64,000 nt of DNA from the NCBI GenBank assembly GCA_950097015.1, contig CATNEN010000001.1, positions 20,956,001 through 21,020,000 of the forward strand, given 5' to 3'. This DNA is from Macrostomum hystrix. Its lineage: Eukaryota; Animalia; Platyhelminthes. A program made the translations under genes and the position numbers. The notes beneath the pieces were generated by a model. The model searched no databases. It was not told the origin of the DNA and was given only the letters and a program-made list of their open reading frames with translations. Below, piece by piece: positions 12,617-24,599 of this stretch; position 1 is the stretch's first letter, and each line of letters begins with the position of its first letter.

Positions 12617-14019
12617 GCTCAGACTGAGTAAATCATGATCGCGTCATTTCACTGACTTTGCGAAGTCTACTAACTAGTTATTAAAGTTTGTTTGTTTGAC
12701 TGGACGTTATCCATCGTCTCCCTTTGCAGATGGGGACATGTGGTAGTGGCTGCTAGCTAGAGCTAGCGTTGTTGCACCTTTACCCAATCTTATCCTTGTG
12801 ATATCTACCCGCCTGGACATTTGGTCCGGAGTTTATCCGCCCTTTGTCCGGATTGGTCCGGATTTGGGGTATTTTCCGGATAAAAGTTGGATCTAGCAGG
12901 TTTTCGTCCGGATTTCATCCGGTTGGCACTTACGGACGAAAGTCCGGAGAAAATTCCGGACGAAATCCGGAAGAAGACGTGCTATTCTGGTAAATTTTGT
13001 GTCACTTTCATCCGGTCGATTCTCCGGACTATATCCAGATGAAACAGGATCAATTTCCGGAAATATCCGGACAAACTGTGTGTTCATCCGTATTTTGATC
13101 CGGTTTTTGTTCCGCCGCTTCTTCCGGCAAATTTCCGGACGAAAGCCGGCAGTTTTTCCGGATAAATGCAGTTCAAATGTGTAATAATGTATGATACCTT
13201 TACTTGAATGTACAGTACTGTTTGTGTGCTTTAGTGTTTTTTGAAGAAAAATATATGGTCCAAGAAAAATAGCAGCTTGTTTCCGTGTTCAATACTTCTT
13301 TCGCTTGCCTCTGCCGGTTCATTTGGGCCTGATATAGGAACATAGAGCTGCGTAGAATAGAAATAGAAAATAGAAATATAAAGGAAATAGAAAATGGCAT
13401 GAGACATCGTCGTAGATGAAATGATATAGTCAGCACATTGCAACAATAGAACAATGCAGAAATGGCAAAGATTTTTAATATATAATTGAATATATATATA
13501 TTGAATAACACCCATGAATATGAATATGAAAAGTACAGTCTTGATTGTCGTACATGTCTTCTATCTTAATGAAGTCTATATCAAAAAATTCCTTTTCATT
13601 TGCTTTGCCGTACCATAGTCAATCGTATCCATTCGGCGACAATGGACAACGGTGACGACGACGATGCCGCTATGAACCGCCGCATTTACATGCGACGGTA
13701 CATGAAGAAGCGCAGGGCGGTAGCTAACGCGTCAGGCCTGGACACCAGACCACGGTCTCCATCACCTACAGGTCATATCAACGCCGCGCCTGACACTTTT
13801 GCAAGTAGCCCTGCCATATGTGCGAGTCGCGCTGCCACCTTTGCAAGTGGCGCTGCCACTGACGATGCTGCTCCGACTGGCGCTGCCGCTGGTCCAAGTT
13901 GTCCTGGTGGCGAACCCGAAGCATATTCGGTTGCAGATAGTAGCGACGATGAGTCGGATGATCAGTCTGACGTTAGTGGTGAGTGACCGACATAATGAGC
14001 TAAACATTATTTCTGTTTA

Positions 14020-14500
14020 GCTTCTTCCTTCACACACAGGCAGGCATATATACACAGAAGACTCAAGGTCTTCTTCCTTCAAACACAGGCAGGCATATAT
14101 ACACAGAAGACTCAAGGTCTTCTTCCTTCAAACACAGGCAGGCATATATATACACAGAAGACTCAAGGTCTTCTTCCTTCACACACAAGGCAGGCATATA
14201 TATACACAGAAGACTCAAGGTCTTCTTCCTTCAAACACAGGCAGGCATATATATACACAGAAGACTCAAGGTCTTCTTCCTTCAAACACAGGCAGGCATA
14301 TATATACACAGAGGACTCAAGGTCTTCTTCCTTCACACACAGGCAGGCATATATACGCAGAAGACTCAAGGTCTTCTTCCTTCAAACACAGGCAGGCATA
14401 TATATACACAGAGGACTCAAGGTCTTCTTCCTTCACACACAGGCAGGCATATATACGCAGAAGACTCAAGGTCTTCTTCCTTCACACACAGGCATATATA
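14020..14500. repeat. 49/51-bp satellite, ~9-10 copies, same family as 446-1365
   Basis: Unit ...AGAAGACTCAAGGTCTTCTTCCTTCA(C/A)ACACAGGCAGGCATATA...; lies in the transposase intron. Confidence 0.95.
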
Positions 14501-14708
14501 TATATAGTAGATGACTTGCTTGCCGCAGCCAATAAAGCTGAAAGCACGCACACAAGATCACACAGAAATTCTTCTTCTGTGTACATAGACGCCTGTGTGT
14601 GAAGGAAGAAGACCTTTGAGGCTGAGATCTTAAAGAGGGTACATTGAGACATATCAGAGACTGCATATGTATACGTCTTCTTCCTTCACACACTTCCTTC
14701 GCAGTCCT

Positions 14709-15360
14709 GCAATCACGCATGGCACCAATCAAGCTTTGATAAATATTCCAAGACTTGATGGCCAATAATGGCACATCACGTCAACTTCTACCACTCGCTC
14801 ACTCATGCAATCACGCATGGCACCAAGCAAGATTTGATAAATATTCCAAGACTTGATGGCCAATAATGGCACGTCACGGATCAACTTCTACCACTCGCTC
14901 ACTCATGCAATCACGCATGGCACCAAGCAAGATTTGATAAATATTCCAAGACTTGATGGCCAATAATGGCACGTCACGGATCAACTTCTACCACTCGCTC
15001 ACTCATGCAATCACGCATGGCACCAAGCAAGATTTGATAAATATTGCAAGACTTGATGGCCAATAATGGCACGTCACGGATCAACTTCTACCACTCGCTC
15101 ACTCATGCAATCACGCATGGCACCAAGCAAGATTTGATAAATATTGCAAGACTTGATGGCCAATAATGGCACGTCACGGATCAACTTCTACCACTCGCTC
15201 ACTCATGCAATCACGCATGGCACCAAGCAAGATTTGATAAATATTGCAAGACTTGATGGCCAATAATGGCACGTCACGGATCAACTTCTACCACTCGCTC
15301 ACTCATGCAATCACGCATGGCACCAAGCAAGATTTGATTAATATTGCAAGACTTGATGGC
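14709..15360. repeat. 100-bp tandem repeat, ~6.5 copies
   Basis: GCAATCACGCATGGCACC recurs at 14807, 14907, 15007, 15107, 15207 and 15307. Confidence 0.95.
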
Positions 15361-18300
15361 TCAAGTCTCAAGACTCGAGGTCTTCTTCCTTCACACACAG
15401 GCAGGCATATATAGTAGATGGCTTCCTTGCCGCAGCCAATAAAGCTGAAAGCACGCACACAAGATCACACAGAAATTCTTCTTCTGTATATATAGACGCC
15501 TGTGTGTGAAGGAAGAAGACCTTTGAGGCTAAGATCTTAAAGAGGGTACATTGAGACATCCGAGTATCAGAGACTGCAGACATGAATGAATTTTTTGCAC
15601 CAATAGTGGACAGCAATATTGCACTTGCAGCCATTGTTGACTAGTTCTAAGCGCTGAATTGCCATATACCAGCAGGCGCGCTCTAGACCAGAGTTGACAG
15701 CTAGCAGTTTGTCGATGAGGCCAAGACTGCGGCCGCACGCCGCACATGCAAACCTTACATGTACGTACTCATTCCATGCGCTTTACACTTAATGACGCTT
15801 AAATATGTCTCTTACGAATTGCATTAAATTCCCAGACGATCAATCGTCCTTCGGAGAAGCAACCGATCACCCAGACGACGGTGATGACGATCCGGTGCCC
15901 AGAACAATCATGGCAGTTGACTGGCACGATGCTTTGCCAGTGACACTCGGAGAAGCCATTAGTGAGGTCAGTTCCTGTGCCCGGGACTTGAATGTCTCAC
16001 TGGGCGGCCTGACAAGGATCCTCGCTCTGCTTCACAAACTGGTGCCAGGGAATCGTCTTCCTAAGCACGGAAAAACTCTCCGATCGCAACTGGCGGCAGT
16101 GGGAACTATCTCGAAAACATCTAAGTCTCACACAGTCTGCAGCAACTGCTTTATGAGCACGCCAGTCCCATGTAACCCAATCAATGCCACTTGTGGGCAT
16201 TGTGGGTCAACAGAAGTCGCCAACTTCTGGTTGTTCGACATTCCAGCTCAGGTGCGGACAGTTTTGGAGTCTCGCAAGTTTCTAGACAACGTTGTGTGGC
16301 CGGCGGACCTTGTCATGGACGAAGAGAAACGTTTTTTACCAACAGCGAGCTCTATTCGTCTTTCCTAGAGAACATAGATGCAACAACTCGCAGCGATCTG
16401 TCCTACACTTTGTGCGAAGACGGATTTGCTCTATGCAGCACGAGCGGAGTCGAAGTGTGTCCGGTCTATTTGAGCGTTAACGAGGTGCATGACCGATTGA
16501 AACTGCGCTTCGTGTTCAAGTGCGGCGTTTGGGCCGGCAAGAAGAAGGTGAGCGCTTGCGCATTTCTGCCCATTGTGGTCGGTGCGCTCAACGACCTTCG
16601 CTTCAATGGTGTAGAGTATTTGTCGCGGGATGGTGAGCAGCGGACCCTGCGGTTACATCCTCTGATGGCCATTTTCGACGCACCTGCCAGAGCAGATGCC
16701 CTCTGTTTGAAGCGCTTTTCCGCAATCTACGGATGTGAGAAGTGCTACATCCGGACAGCACTGCATCCTTCCGGCTATGGTCGCGTCTACGGCGTTTCCA
16801 TAACCGATGCCATGCTGAATGAAGCACGACGTCATGGATGCGTACAGACGGTCGTTCGTTGTGCAACCGACACGCGCTCACTAGCGGATCGACACGCCCA
16901 GCAGGGCGGAGACTTCAAAACTGACATTCTAGGCGTTCGGGGTTTGTCGCCACTCTCTGGCCTGTATGGCTTTGATTTTATGCGAGGCTGTCCGCCCTGC
17001 TATCTTCATCAGCTCTGCTCTGGTTTAGTTCGGAGTTTGCTTTTCCAGTTCTTCTTGCCCCGTCACGAGAAGCCGGACCGCGCCGACACCAATTGTCCTG
17101 ACCTGAGCGGGCGGATCAGCAACATCGATCAGCTTCTGCGGAGTGTTCGTCTGCCGCGCAGTGTTCAACGCCATACTGTCCGGTCCATCAAGGACATCAG
17201 GCACCTGCGTGGTCATGAAGCAGAGATGTGGCTAATGGTTTTTGGACCATTTGTGCTCGACGAGTTTCTTGGTGACGAGCACTATTGGCACTTCCTGATC
17301 CTGTCGGCAAGTGTCTTCTGGATGTCGATGGACGGCGCGCCGAAATCCGAGCTGCGACATGTAGAGGTTTCACTGAGACACTTTCATGCAAACCTGTCGC
17401 GTTTGTACTCTCTGCGGAAGCTGTCCTATAACTCGCATCAGGTGTGCTGTCACATGCTGACCTACGCAATTCTCGGTGGTCCTTTGCATCGGCAGTCTGC
17501 GGGTCTATTTGAGTCAATGCACACCAGGCTGCGGCAATAAATTCACGGCTCTCGCCGCACAGACGTTGAACTCGTAGGGGCCGTTGAGCGGGAGTTAGCA
17601 ATCATGCAAGCGGAGTACACGTTGCAGGACAATGCGGAACATCTGGAAGCACGTGCAGGACGAAAGACAGTCTGCTTGCGCACTGCTTCAAAAATTGTTC
17701 TCCGGCGCCCAACGTCTATGGCTCAGGGCTGGCGCTCGGCGTTACTCATCTCTGGACTTTATGTAGAGGTGTTTGCTCCGGACGATGAGGACGCAGATTT
17801 CCACAGAAGTACATCTGCCTTCGTTGCCATTCGTGGGAGTGATTCCACGAACTTCCGATTTTGTCGTGTCGAAGCCATACAGCACAACAACGCAGTGGTG
17901 ACCGTTAGACTGCGAGTCCTGCCTGTTCTGGAGCCAGAAATGGATCCTCTAGAGTTGTTGTGTGCTGTTCCGACCACATCTGAGAACCGGGGTTGTCGGT
18001 ACTCGCATGTCCGTCGCCTCCTGGTGGATCCATTCGGCGACCTTAGCAGTGAACCCGCCTGGACGGTGCGCACCGCGGAAATTCTTGGCTCGTGTGTAGT
18101 TTCAACCGACAGAATTGCCCTGATGCCGCATCCACAACTTGGCTTTGCTTAGACACTGCTTTGAAAAATTACTACAACTTTCTCTTTCTCCTGTGCTTTT
18201 CAACGTTAGCATTGGGGGTGGGGGGAAGCCGCGGGGGGCAGGGGTGGGCAGCGTACACAAACGCCAGTTAGCGTAGCCTGCGCAAACTAGTCACAGTTTC

Positions 18301-18441
18301 TTTAGGTATAGCAAGCAGTAGCATTATAGCATTAATTCATAAGTCTGTTCAGTATACATGCCTAGGTAGCATAAGTCTGTTAATTGTTAATTGATTAGTT
18401 CAGCACCAATAATTAGTTTCCACTGCGTAGCTCCGCAAGCA

Positions 18442-18969
18442 ATGTCAAATAACCGCATGCTCAATCCTCGATGGCTCTCCAAGTCGCCAGAGAATATCGA
18501 AGAAGTGAGAGAACTGCTAAGTCATGCTGTCCCTTACCAGCCCCGGCCGCCCACACCATTCCAACTGGAGTGCAAGCAACAGTGCGCTGACATGCAGGAC
18601 GCAATGAGGCGAGAGGGGCAGTTTTTTCGCGACTTGGCTTCGCGTCCACCAGTCAGCGACTCAACAGTGGCTGGTGGGCCTTGGTTATCGAAAGCCATGA
18701 AACCGAACATAAACAGAGGGTTCCCCCTGTTTCCGGCTGGTCAGCCGACTTCGCCTCCTGAGCCGACGGCAACTCAGGAATGAAATCCTCCTTTTAAGCC
18801 GGCTGACGGTGAGGTTGCGGATGGGGAGCAGGAGTCCGCGGTGAAGGCCGAGTTGCGAGACAAATGCGCAGCAGCGCTGATGCGGGCGGAGATGGCCCTC
18901 AGGGAAGCAGACCAATACCTGAAGGAATTGTACGAGCACAGCCGCCCGCCATCGCCCGTGTTCGAATAG
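18442..18969 (+). pseudogene. Unknown cargo ORF of element 2 (~175 codons, one internal TGA at 18781)
   Basis: The frame continues past the stop as NPPFKPADGE...ELRDKCAAALMRAEMALREADQYLKELYEHSRPPSPVFE. Confidence 0.45.
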
Positions 18970-20334
18970 ATTAAGCTGGAATTAATTCACAGAAGACATA
19001 ATAGGCTACCGCGGTAATAGGCTACCGCTACTACATAATAGGGTGCAGTTGAGCGCCAGAATTCAGTTGGCTGGGTGCAGTTGAGCGATGGTTAGATTGC
19101 ATGAGCATTTCCTTGTTTGTGGACCAAGAATCGTTAGTTTGGTTGTTTCTAAAATAACTCTAGACTGGTGGTATTTAGTGTTCGACTCGCGACTCCCCGG
19201 GGGCCGCACCTAGGGGCCGCACCTAGAGTACGCGGGCCCGTGCTGGCCTGCGTCAGGGCGCGAGTGTCCGCACGGGACCCTAAGTCTGGGGCGTCAGGAC
19301 GCACCCAAGTGGCCGGCACACGCGTAGGGACGCTGTGATGTCGATCACCTTCAGCAGGGCGTCGGGACGCACGAGCTGGCGTCTAAGTACAGCGGGTGTA
19401 CAGTACAGGGTGACCCTTGGCTGACTACCTGGTCTAGTCCCCCCTCCTTAGTCGGCGTCAGGACACACGGACGGTCCCAGCTACAGCCCACCCGAAATGA
19501 AGGAGACAAGGCAGTGACTTACTTCACTTATCACTCGCGCGGGCAGTCAATTTCGTGCAGCTGACTTCTGTCTGTGGCTGGCTGACCGGTTGGTTAGTGT
19601 TTATTGTTTTGCTCGTGGGGGAGGGGTTATTGAAACGGTAGTCAGGCGTTGTGGAGCGAGAACACGCGCGGGGCAGCCACCCCACTACCCCAGCCCAGCT
19701 ACCCACCGGCCAATCACGGCGCAGCTGGGGGAGGAGCAGTCTGGGGTGAGGGCCACACAGGGCAGCCCAGCCAACCAGCGCTTGTTCTGCTTCCCTATAA
19801 TTTTTTTCTCAAGAAAAAAATTTTTTTTTCTTAGCTACTAAATTTCCATTATAAGTTGCAACTTTAACAACGAATTTTCACTGTTATATGGCCACGACTG
19901 GATAAAATACTTAAATAAACTACTTAAATAAAGCTACTTAGAAGGAGCTTACCGCGATTGTTGTGTGTCGTGTAGCTTTTTGTCGGAATGTTTGGGTTAT
20001 TTCTGGAAATAATTTCTACAAAAGCTTTTCGCACTTGATAACTTTTCTTTACGAAACCACGAAATTTCTAGTTAACCATTGTTTCTTTATAAAGAAACTA
20101 GCTTTTTTTGCCCGTTGTTTTTGGGGCAGAAATTTAAAGCAAAGCAGTAAGCAATTCACGTCTCTGTATTAACTTTATAGTGAAGGTCAACATTTATTTA
20201 TTTACTGCATTAATGAAAAGTGAAGAGTTTGTTTAAGGGCGTTTTAAGTAAAAAATAAGTGAAAAGTTTGTCCAAACAGCCCCCTCTTGATTACTTCTGT
20301 AGAAACATGTCTCTTAGCCACTCCTCTATACAGT

Positions 20335-20583
20335 CAGTGGCAGATCCAGGAATTTTGTTTTGGGGCGGTCTGTCAGGGGAGCGCCATGAGAATCACAGAG
20401 GGGGTGCCAGCGGCCGAAAAAGGGCACCAGGAGCCAAGAAAGGGCGCCAGCGGCTGAAAAACGGGAGCCAGCGGCTGAAAAAGGGGCGCCAGCGGCCGAA
20501 AAGCGATGGTGGGGGCATCTTATTCCCATGATTAAAATTTAGGGGGGGCGACTGCCCCCCCGCCCCCCCTAAATCTGCCTCTG
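20335..20583. mobile_element. hAT-type MITE
   Basis: Imperfect TIRs CAGTGGCAGATCCAGG and CCTAAATCTGCCTCTG; 8-bp TSD TATACAGT (20327-20334, 20584-20591). Confidence 0.85.
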
Positions 20584-21359
20584 TATACAGTATGCATGTA
20601 CACGCGTACGCGTATTCATAAGGAAAATAGCCATGGCATAACAATAACAATGTCAAAGAAACAAAATTAAACTGTTTCAGAGTTCAGAGTTAGACAGGTC
20701 AAGGTCAATTCGTGACTACTTTTCTATTTTATTGCTTGCGAGTGCAATAGGCTACTCAAATTCCCGAAAAATCATTTCCTTCCTGCTCAAAAGTGCAAAA
20801 AACTGCTCAAAAATCGTCAAAAAATCACTCAATTCGACATATCGTCGCCCCACTTTGTCAGATTTTCTCCAAATTTGATCCACTTACACTTTACATGTTT
20901 TCCAACAATGCTATCAATTTTGAACATCTCTACTCAATCCAGAGCAAAGCTGCATCATCTCAAAGTGAGTCACTTTTTGTTTTCCGAGGACAGCCACCCC
21001 AACTCCCCTCCGCCACTCTGCGGGCCAAATTTTATTACAGCCACCCCCTCCCTTCCCCGGGCGCCGAAGCCCCAGACTGTACATTGTATTTCAAGCCGTG
21101 AATGTACACAGCCCAAACCCCTAGACTGTCTACTGGCCCCCAAGCAGCACTGAGACTGAGTGCGGTGATTGCGGTGGCGTCCCAGTGCGCAGGGCTCTCC
21201 GGTCGATATTACTCTCCAGCCAGCCTGGGATAGAAGAAAGAGAGAGGCTGGCGTACAGTGCTTTGCTAAAATATACAGAGGCTTAGCCTCTCCCACTGAA
21301 GAGAAGAGAAAGATTTTTTAACACAGGTCCCCTGTCTTTCGGACTACTTCTAACTTTCT

Positions 21360-21836
21360 TTGGAGTATCCTGTTGAGTTTCTGAACTCTCTAGATCCTCC
21401 TGGAACTCCATCGCACAACTTGCAGCTGAAAGTTGGGGCACCAATTATGCTCCTCCGCAACCTGAATGCGCCAAGGCTGTGTAACGGCACCAGACTGATA
21501 GTCAGGCGGCTCTTCCCACACGTGATTGAGGCCACGATAATGACTGGATCTGGCAGAGGAGAGTCTGTGTTCGTTCCCCGGATTCCAATTATCCCCACGG
21601 ACCTGCCATTTCAGTTCAAGCGACTGCAGTTCCCTGTGAGAGTGTGCTTTGCGATGACTATTAACAAGGCTCAGGGACAGTCGCTGAAGGTGGCTGGCAT
21701 CAACCTGGAGACTCCTTGCTTCTCGCATGGGCAGCTTTATGTCGCCTGCTCCCGTGTTGGAACTCTAGCTGGCCTATTCATTTTCGCACCAAGGGGAAGA
21801 ACGAAGAATGTGGTGTATCCCCAGGCCTTGAGGTGA
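21360..21836 (+). pseudogene. Helitron PIF1-type helicase C-terminal fragment
   Basis: YPVEFLNSL...[13 protein letters not shown]...LCNGTRL...[19 protein letters not shown]...[13 protein letters not shown]...TKNVVY. Confidence 0.9.
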
Positions 21837-21953
21837 TAGGTATGTGCAAAGTTTGGTGCGATTTGGTTGAGCGGTTTCGGCGTCTATAAAGACAAAAGGT
21901 TGCACACAGACAGACAGACAAACAGACAGAGTTTTCACTTTTATATATATAGA
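21837..21953 (-). mobile_element. Helitron-like 5' terminus
   Basis: Minus strand reads A|TCTATATATATAAAAGTGAAAACTCTGTCTG(TCTG)n...ACCAAACTTTGCAC, resembling invertebrate Helitron 5' ends. Confidence 0.55.
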
Positions 21954-22001
21954 TAAAATGTATACATGCAAACTTTCAGCAAGCGAACTTTCGAACATTA
22001 A

Positions 22002-22610
22002 ATGGCTCCGTCTAAAAAGTCGGTTGAATCCGTCCGCTCTGGTCAAGACAAAGAAAAAAAGGAGAAAGTCATGAAGGAGAAAGTCATGAAGGAGAAAGTC
22101 ATGAAGGAGAAAGTCATGAAGGAGAAAGTCATGAAGGAGAAAGTCATGAAGGAAGCGGACCTTCAAACTGCGAAGGAACATCCAGCGGAAGTAATTACGG
22201 CGGAAAACGTGAGGTCGACGCTGTTGGACGTGCAGGCATCCACCCAGGCAAAGTCTCCTGCTGCTGCTGCTGCTGCAGCATCATCTGACGACGCGGTCTT
22301 GCTCGCTGACCCCGGGGCTCATGATATGCTTCCGTTCAAAGCAGAGTTTCCCGGGAGGTACTTTTGTCGACAACCGTACCGACATAGTGTGTACAGACAG
22401 TTCGAAAACATACGCCTGTCATTACATCGCGCCGGCGAGATTCGCCCCGCCCTGGCTGCGGCCAGCGTTCCCCATCCGACAGGTGGTACGTCGGCCGTCA
22501 CCGCGGCTAGTGCCACCGTTACTGACATGTCGGACCTGCTGGGGCATGACTCCGAAGACATGCTGATGCGCGTCCTGCAGACGAGTATAGCCAACCCAGG
22601 TAGTGAGTAG
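22002..22610 (+). pseudogene. Shortened homolog of the element 1 accessory (BEN) gene, with a (KEKVM)6 repeat
   Basis: MLPFKAEFPGRYF resembles MVPFNAEAKARFF of the 9435 gene; K-rich N-terminus and poly-Ala are shared; 15-bp tandem at about 22060-22152. Confidence 0.5.
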
Positions 22611-22999
22611 CTGGTGGACTGTTAGTAAGTATTAGTAAGTAGTTAGTAAGAGTGCATGAGCAGTTATTTCTTTGCATGGGACCCTATATTTGTTTGGAAC
22701 TCTAGCTTGGTTTAATGTGCTATTAAGGCGAAAAGCCTTTTGTTTACGAAGTTGGAGTGGCAGCGAAGTTAGTGTGCTGCATGACACGTATATTTATATT
22801 TACAGAAAACGCGAGAGCGAGATAGAGGGGCCTAGGGAGGTGCGAAATGGTGGCGTGACTTCTCACACCCGGCTTAGCGAGCCGGCTGGCTGGGTGCACC
22901 AACCCCCACCTCAACTAGACTGAGGTTGAGGGGTTTGGGTGCGGCTGCACTGTTGCTGGCCGGCCGCGTGTTGACTGTCCGCCACACTATGTACTTTCG

Positions 23000-24040
23000 C
23001 GCCTGTTTGGTGCTATATTCGGTGCAGTTGAGCGCCAGAAATCAGTTGGCTGGGTTTAGTGAGGGCCAGATATCAGGTGGCTGGGTTTAGTGAGGGCCAG
23101 AAATCAGTTGGCTGGTTGCAGTTAAGCGCCAGAATTCAGTTGGCTGGGTGCAGTTGAGCGGCAGACTTTCTTTTTTTTTTCTTAGCAAACTTTATTACTT
23201 TTTATGCAATTAAAATTGTACTCATGACTGCATATCTGCAGATAACATATAATATGCCATATTTACGCCACTTTTCGGCAAACACGTTCTTTTCCATATA
23301 TATAGAAGACAGTCGACTTATATGCCTGTTTGGTGATATATTTGGTGCATTTGAACGCCAGAATTCAGTTGGCTGGGTGCAGTTGAGCGCCAGACTTTTT
23401 TATCAACAAACTTTATTACTTTTTATGCTATTTAAAACGTACTCATGACTGCATATCTGCAGATAACATATAATATGCCATATTTACGCCACTTTTTGGC
23501 AAACACGTTCATTTCCATATATACATATAAGACACTCGACTTATATGCCTGTTTGGTGCTATATTTGGTGCAGTTGAGCGCCAGAATTCAGTTGGCTGGG
23601 TTTATTGAGGGCCAGAAATCAGGTGGCTGGGTTTAGTGATGGCCAGAAATCAGTTGGCTGGGTTTAGTGATGGCCAGAAATCAGTTGGCTGGGTTTAGTG
23701 ATGGCCAGAAATCAGTTGGCTGGGTGCAGTTGAGCGATGGTTAGATTGCATGAGCATTTCGTTGTTTGTGGAATAAGAATCGTTTGTTTGGTTAACCAAA
23801 CAATTGTTTCGTTTTGTTGTTTTATGGTTGACCGGTCGCTACAAAATTGTTCTGCTTCCCTATTTTTATGCTTCTTATTTTACGCAAATTTGTTTTCTTA
23901 GCAAACTTTATTACTTTTTATGCAATTTAAAATATACTCAAGACTGCATATCTGCAGATAACATATAATATGTCATATTTATGCCACTTTTCGGCAAACA
24001 CGTTCTTTTCCATATATATATAGAAGACAGTCGACTTATG
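23000..24040. repeat. Compound repeat: ~30-bp units (CCAGAAATCAGTTGGCTGGG...) nested in ~220-bp units; partial copy at 19040-19144
   Basis: Direct sequence comparison. Confidence 0.85.
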
Positions 24041-24599
24041 TTTTATTGGTTGCTAATTACAACAGGGCTGTCTTTTATGGCTTCATCCAGCATGATCCGA
24101 AAAAATATCCGTATTTTCGTCCGGTTTGCTCGCCAGGTTACTTCATCCAGTATGATCCGAAAAAATATCCGTATTTTCGTCCGGTTTGCTCGCCAGGTTA
24201 CTTCATCCGGTATGATCCGAAAACATGTCCGTATTTTTGTCCGGAGTTCATCCGGGTGAGCGCCGGACAACTTTCCGGAAGAATCCGGGAACCGGTTCCG
24301 AATGAAGGGCCTTTTTCTGCTCTTTTTTTCACGTTTTCGTCCGGAATGTTAACTCTTCTGCCGGATTCATCCGGCATTTTAAACGGCAAAAATACATTGC
24401 GTGCCGGACGAAAATACGGAAGAGACTTCGGACGAAATACCGGACCAAATGTCCAGGCGGGTATGGCAGCAACCAGCTATACGTTCCTAAGCTTTCGTTC
24501 TCAGCCTCTCACTTATGTTATAAGTTCTCTGCCTGAATAAACGCTATGCTACTCGAACATTAACGCCAAAGTGCTGACAGCTACGTTCAAACTACGACA

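Larger units (their letters stand above)
13642..18152 (+). pseudogene. EnSpm transposase paralog, disrupted (exon 1 13642-13978; exon 2 15836-18152)
   Basis: Colinear with the 4600-7424 protein and has the same phase-1 intron position; frameshift in a T-run at about 16332-16337; in-frame TAA at 17538-17540. Confidence 0.88.
12808..24461 (+). mobile_element. CMC/EnSpm (CACTA-like) DNA transposon, element 2 (11.7 kb)
   Basis: Perfect 22-bp TIR CCCGCCTGGACATTTGGTCCGG (12808-12829, 24440-24461); 2-bp TSD TA (12806-12807, 24462-24463); TCCGG subterminal fields including a 60-bp tandem repeated three times at about 24075-24240. Confidence 0.92.
12739..24599 (+). mobile_element. 3' LTR of the Gypsy element (~205 bp: 12739-12807 plus 24464-24599), split by CACTA element 2
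   Basis: TGTGGTAGT start directly after the PPT-like AGATGGGGACA; ACTACGACA end; AATAAA at about 24536. Confidence 0.7.
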
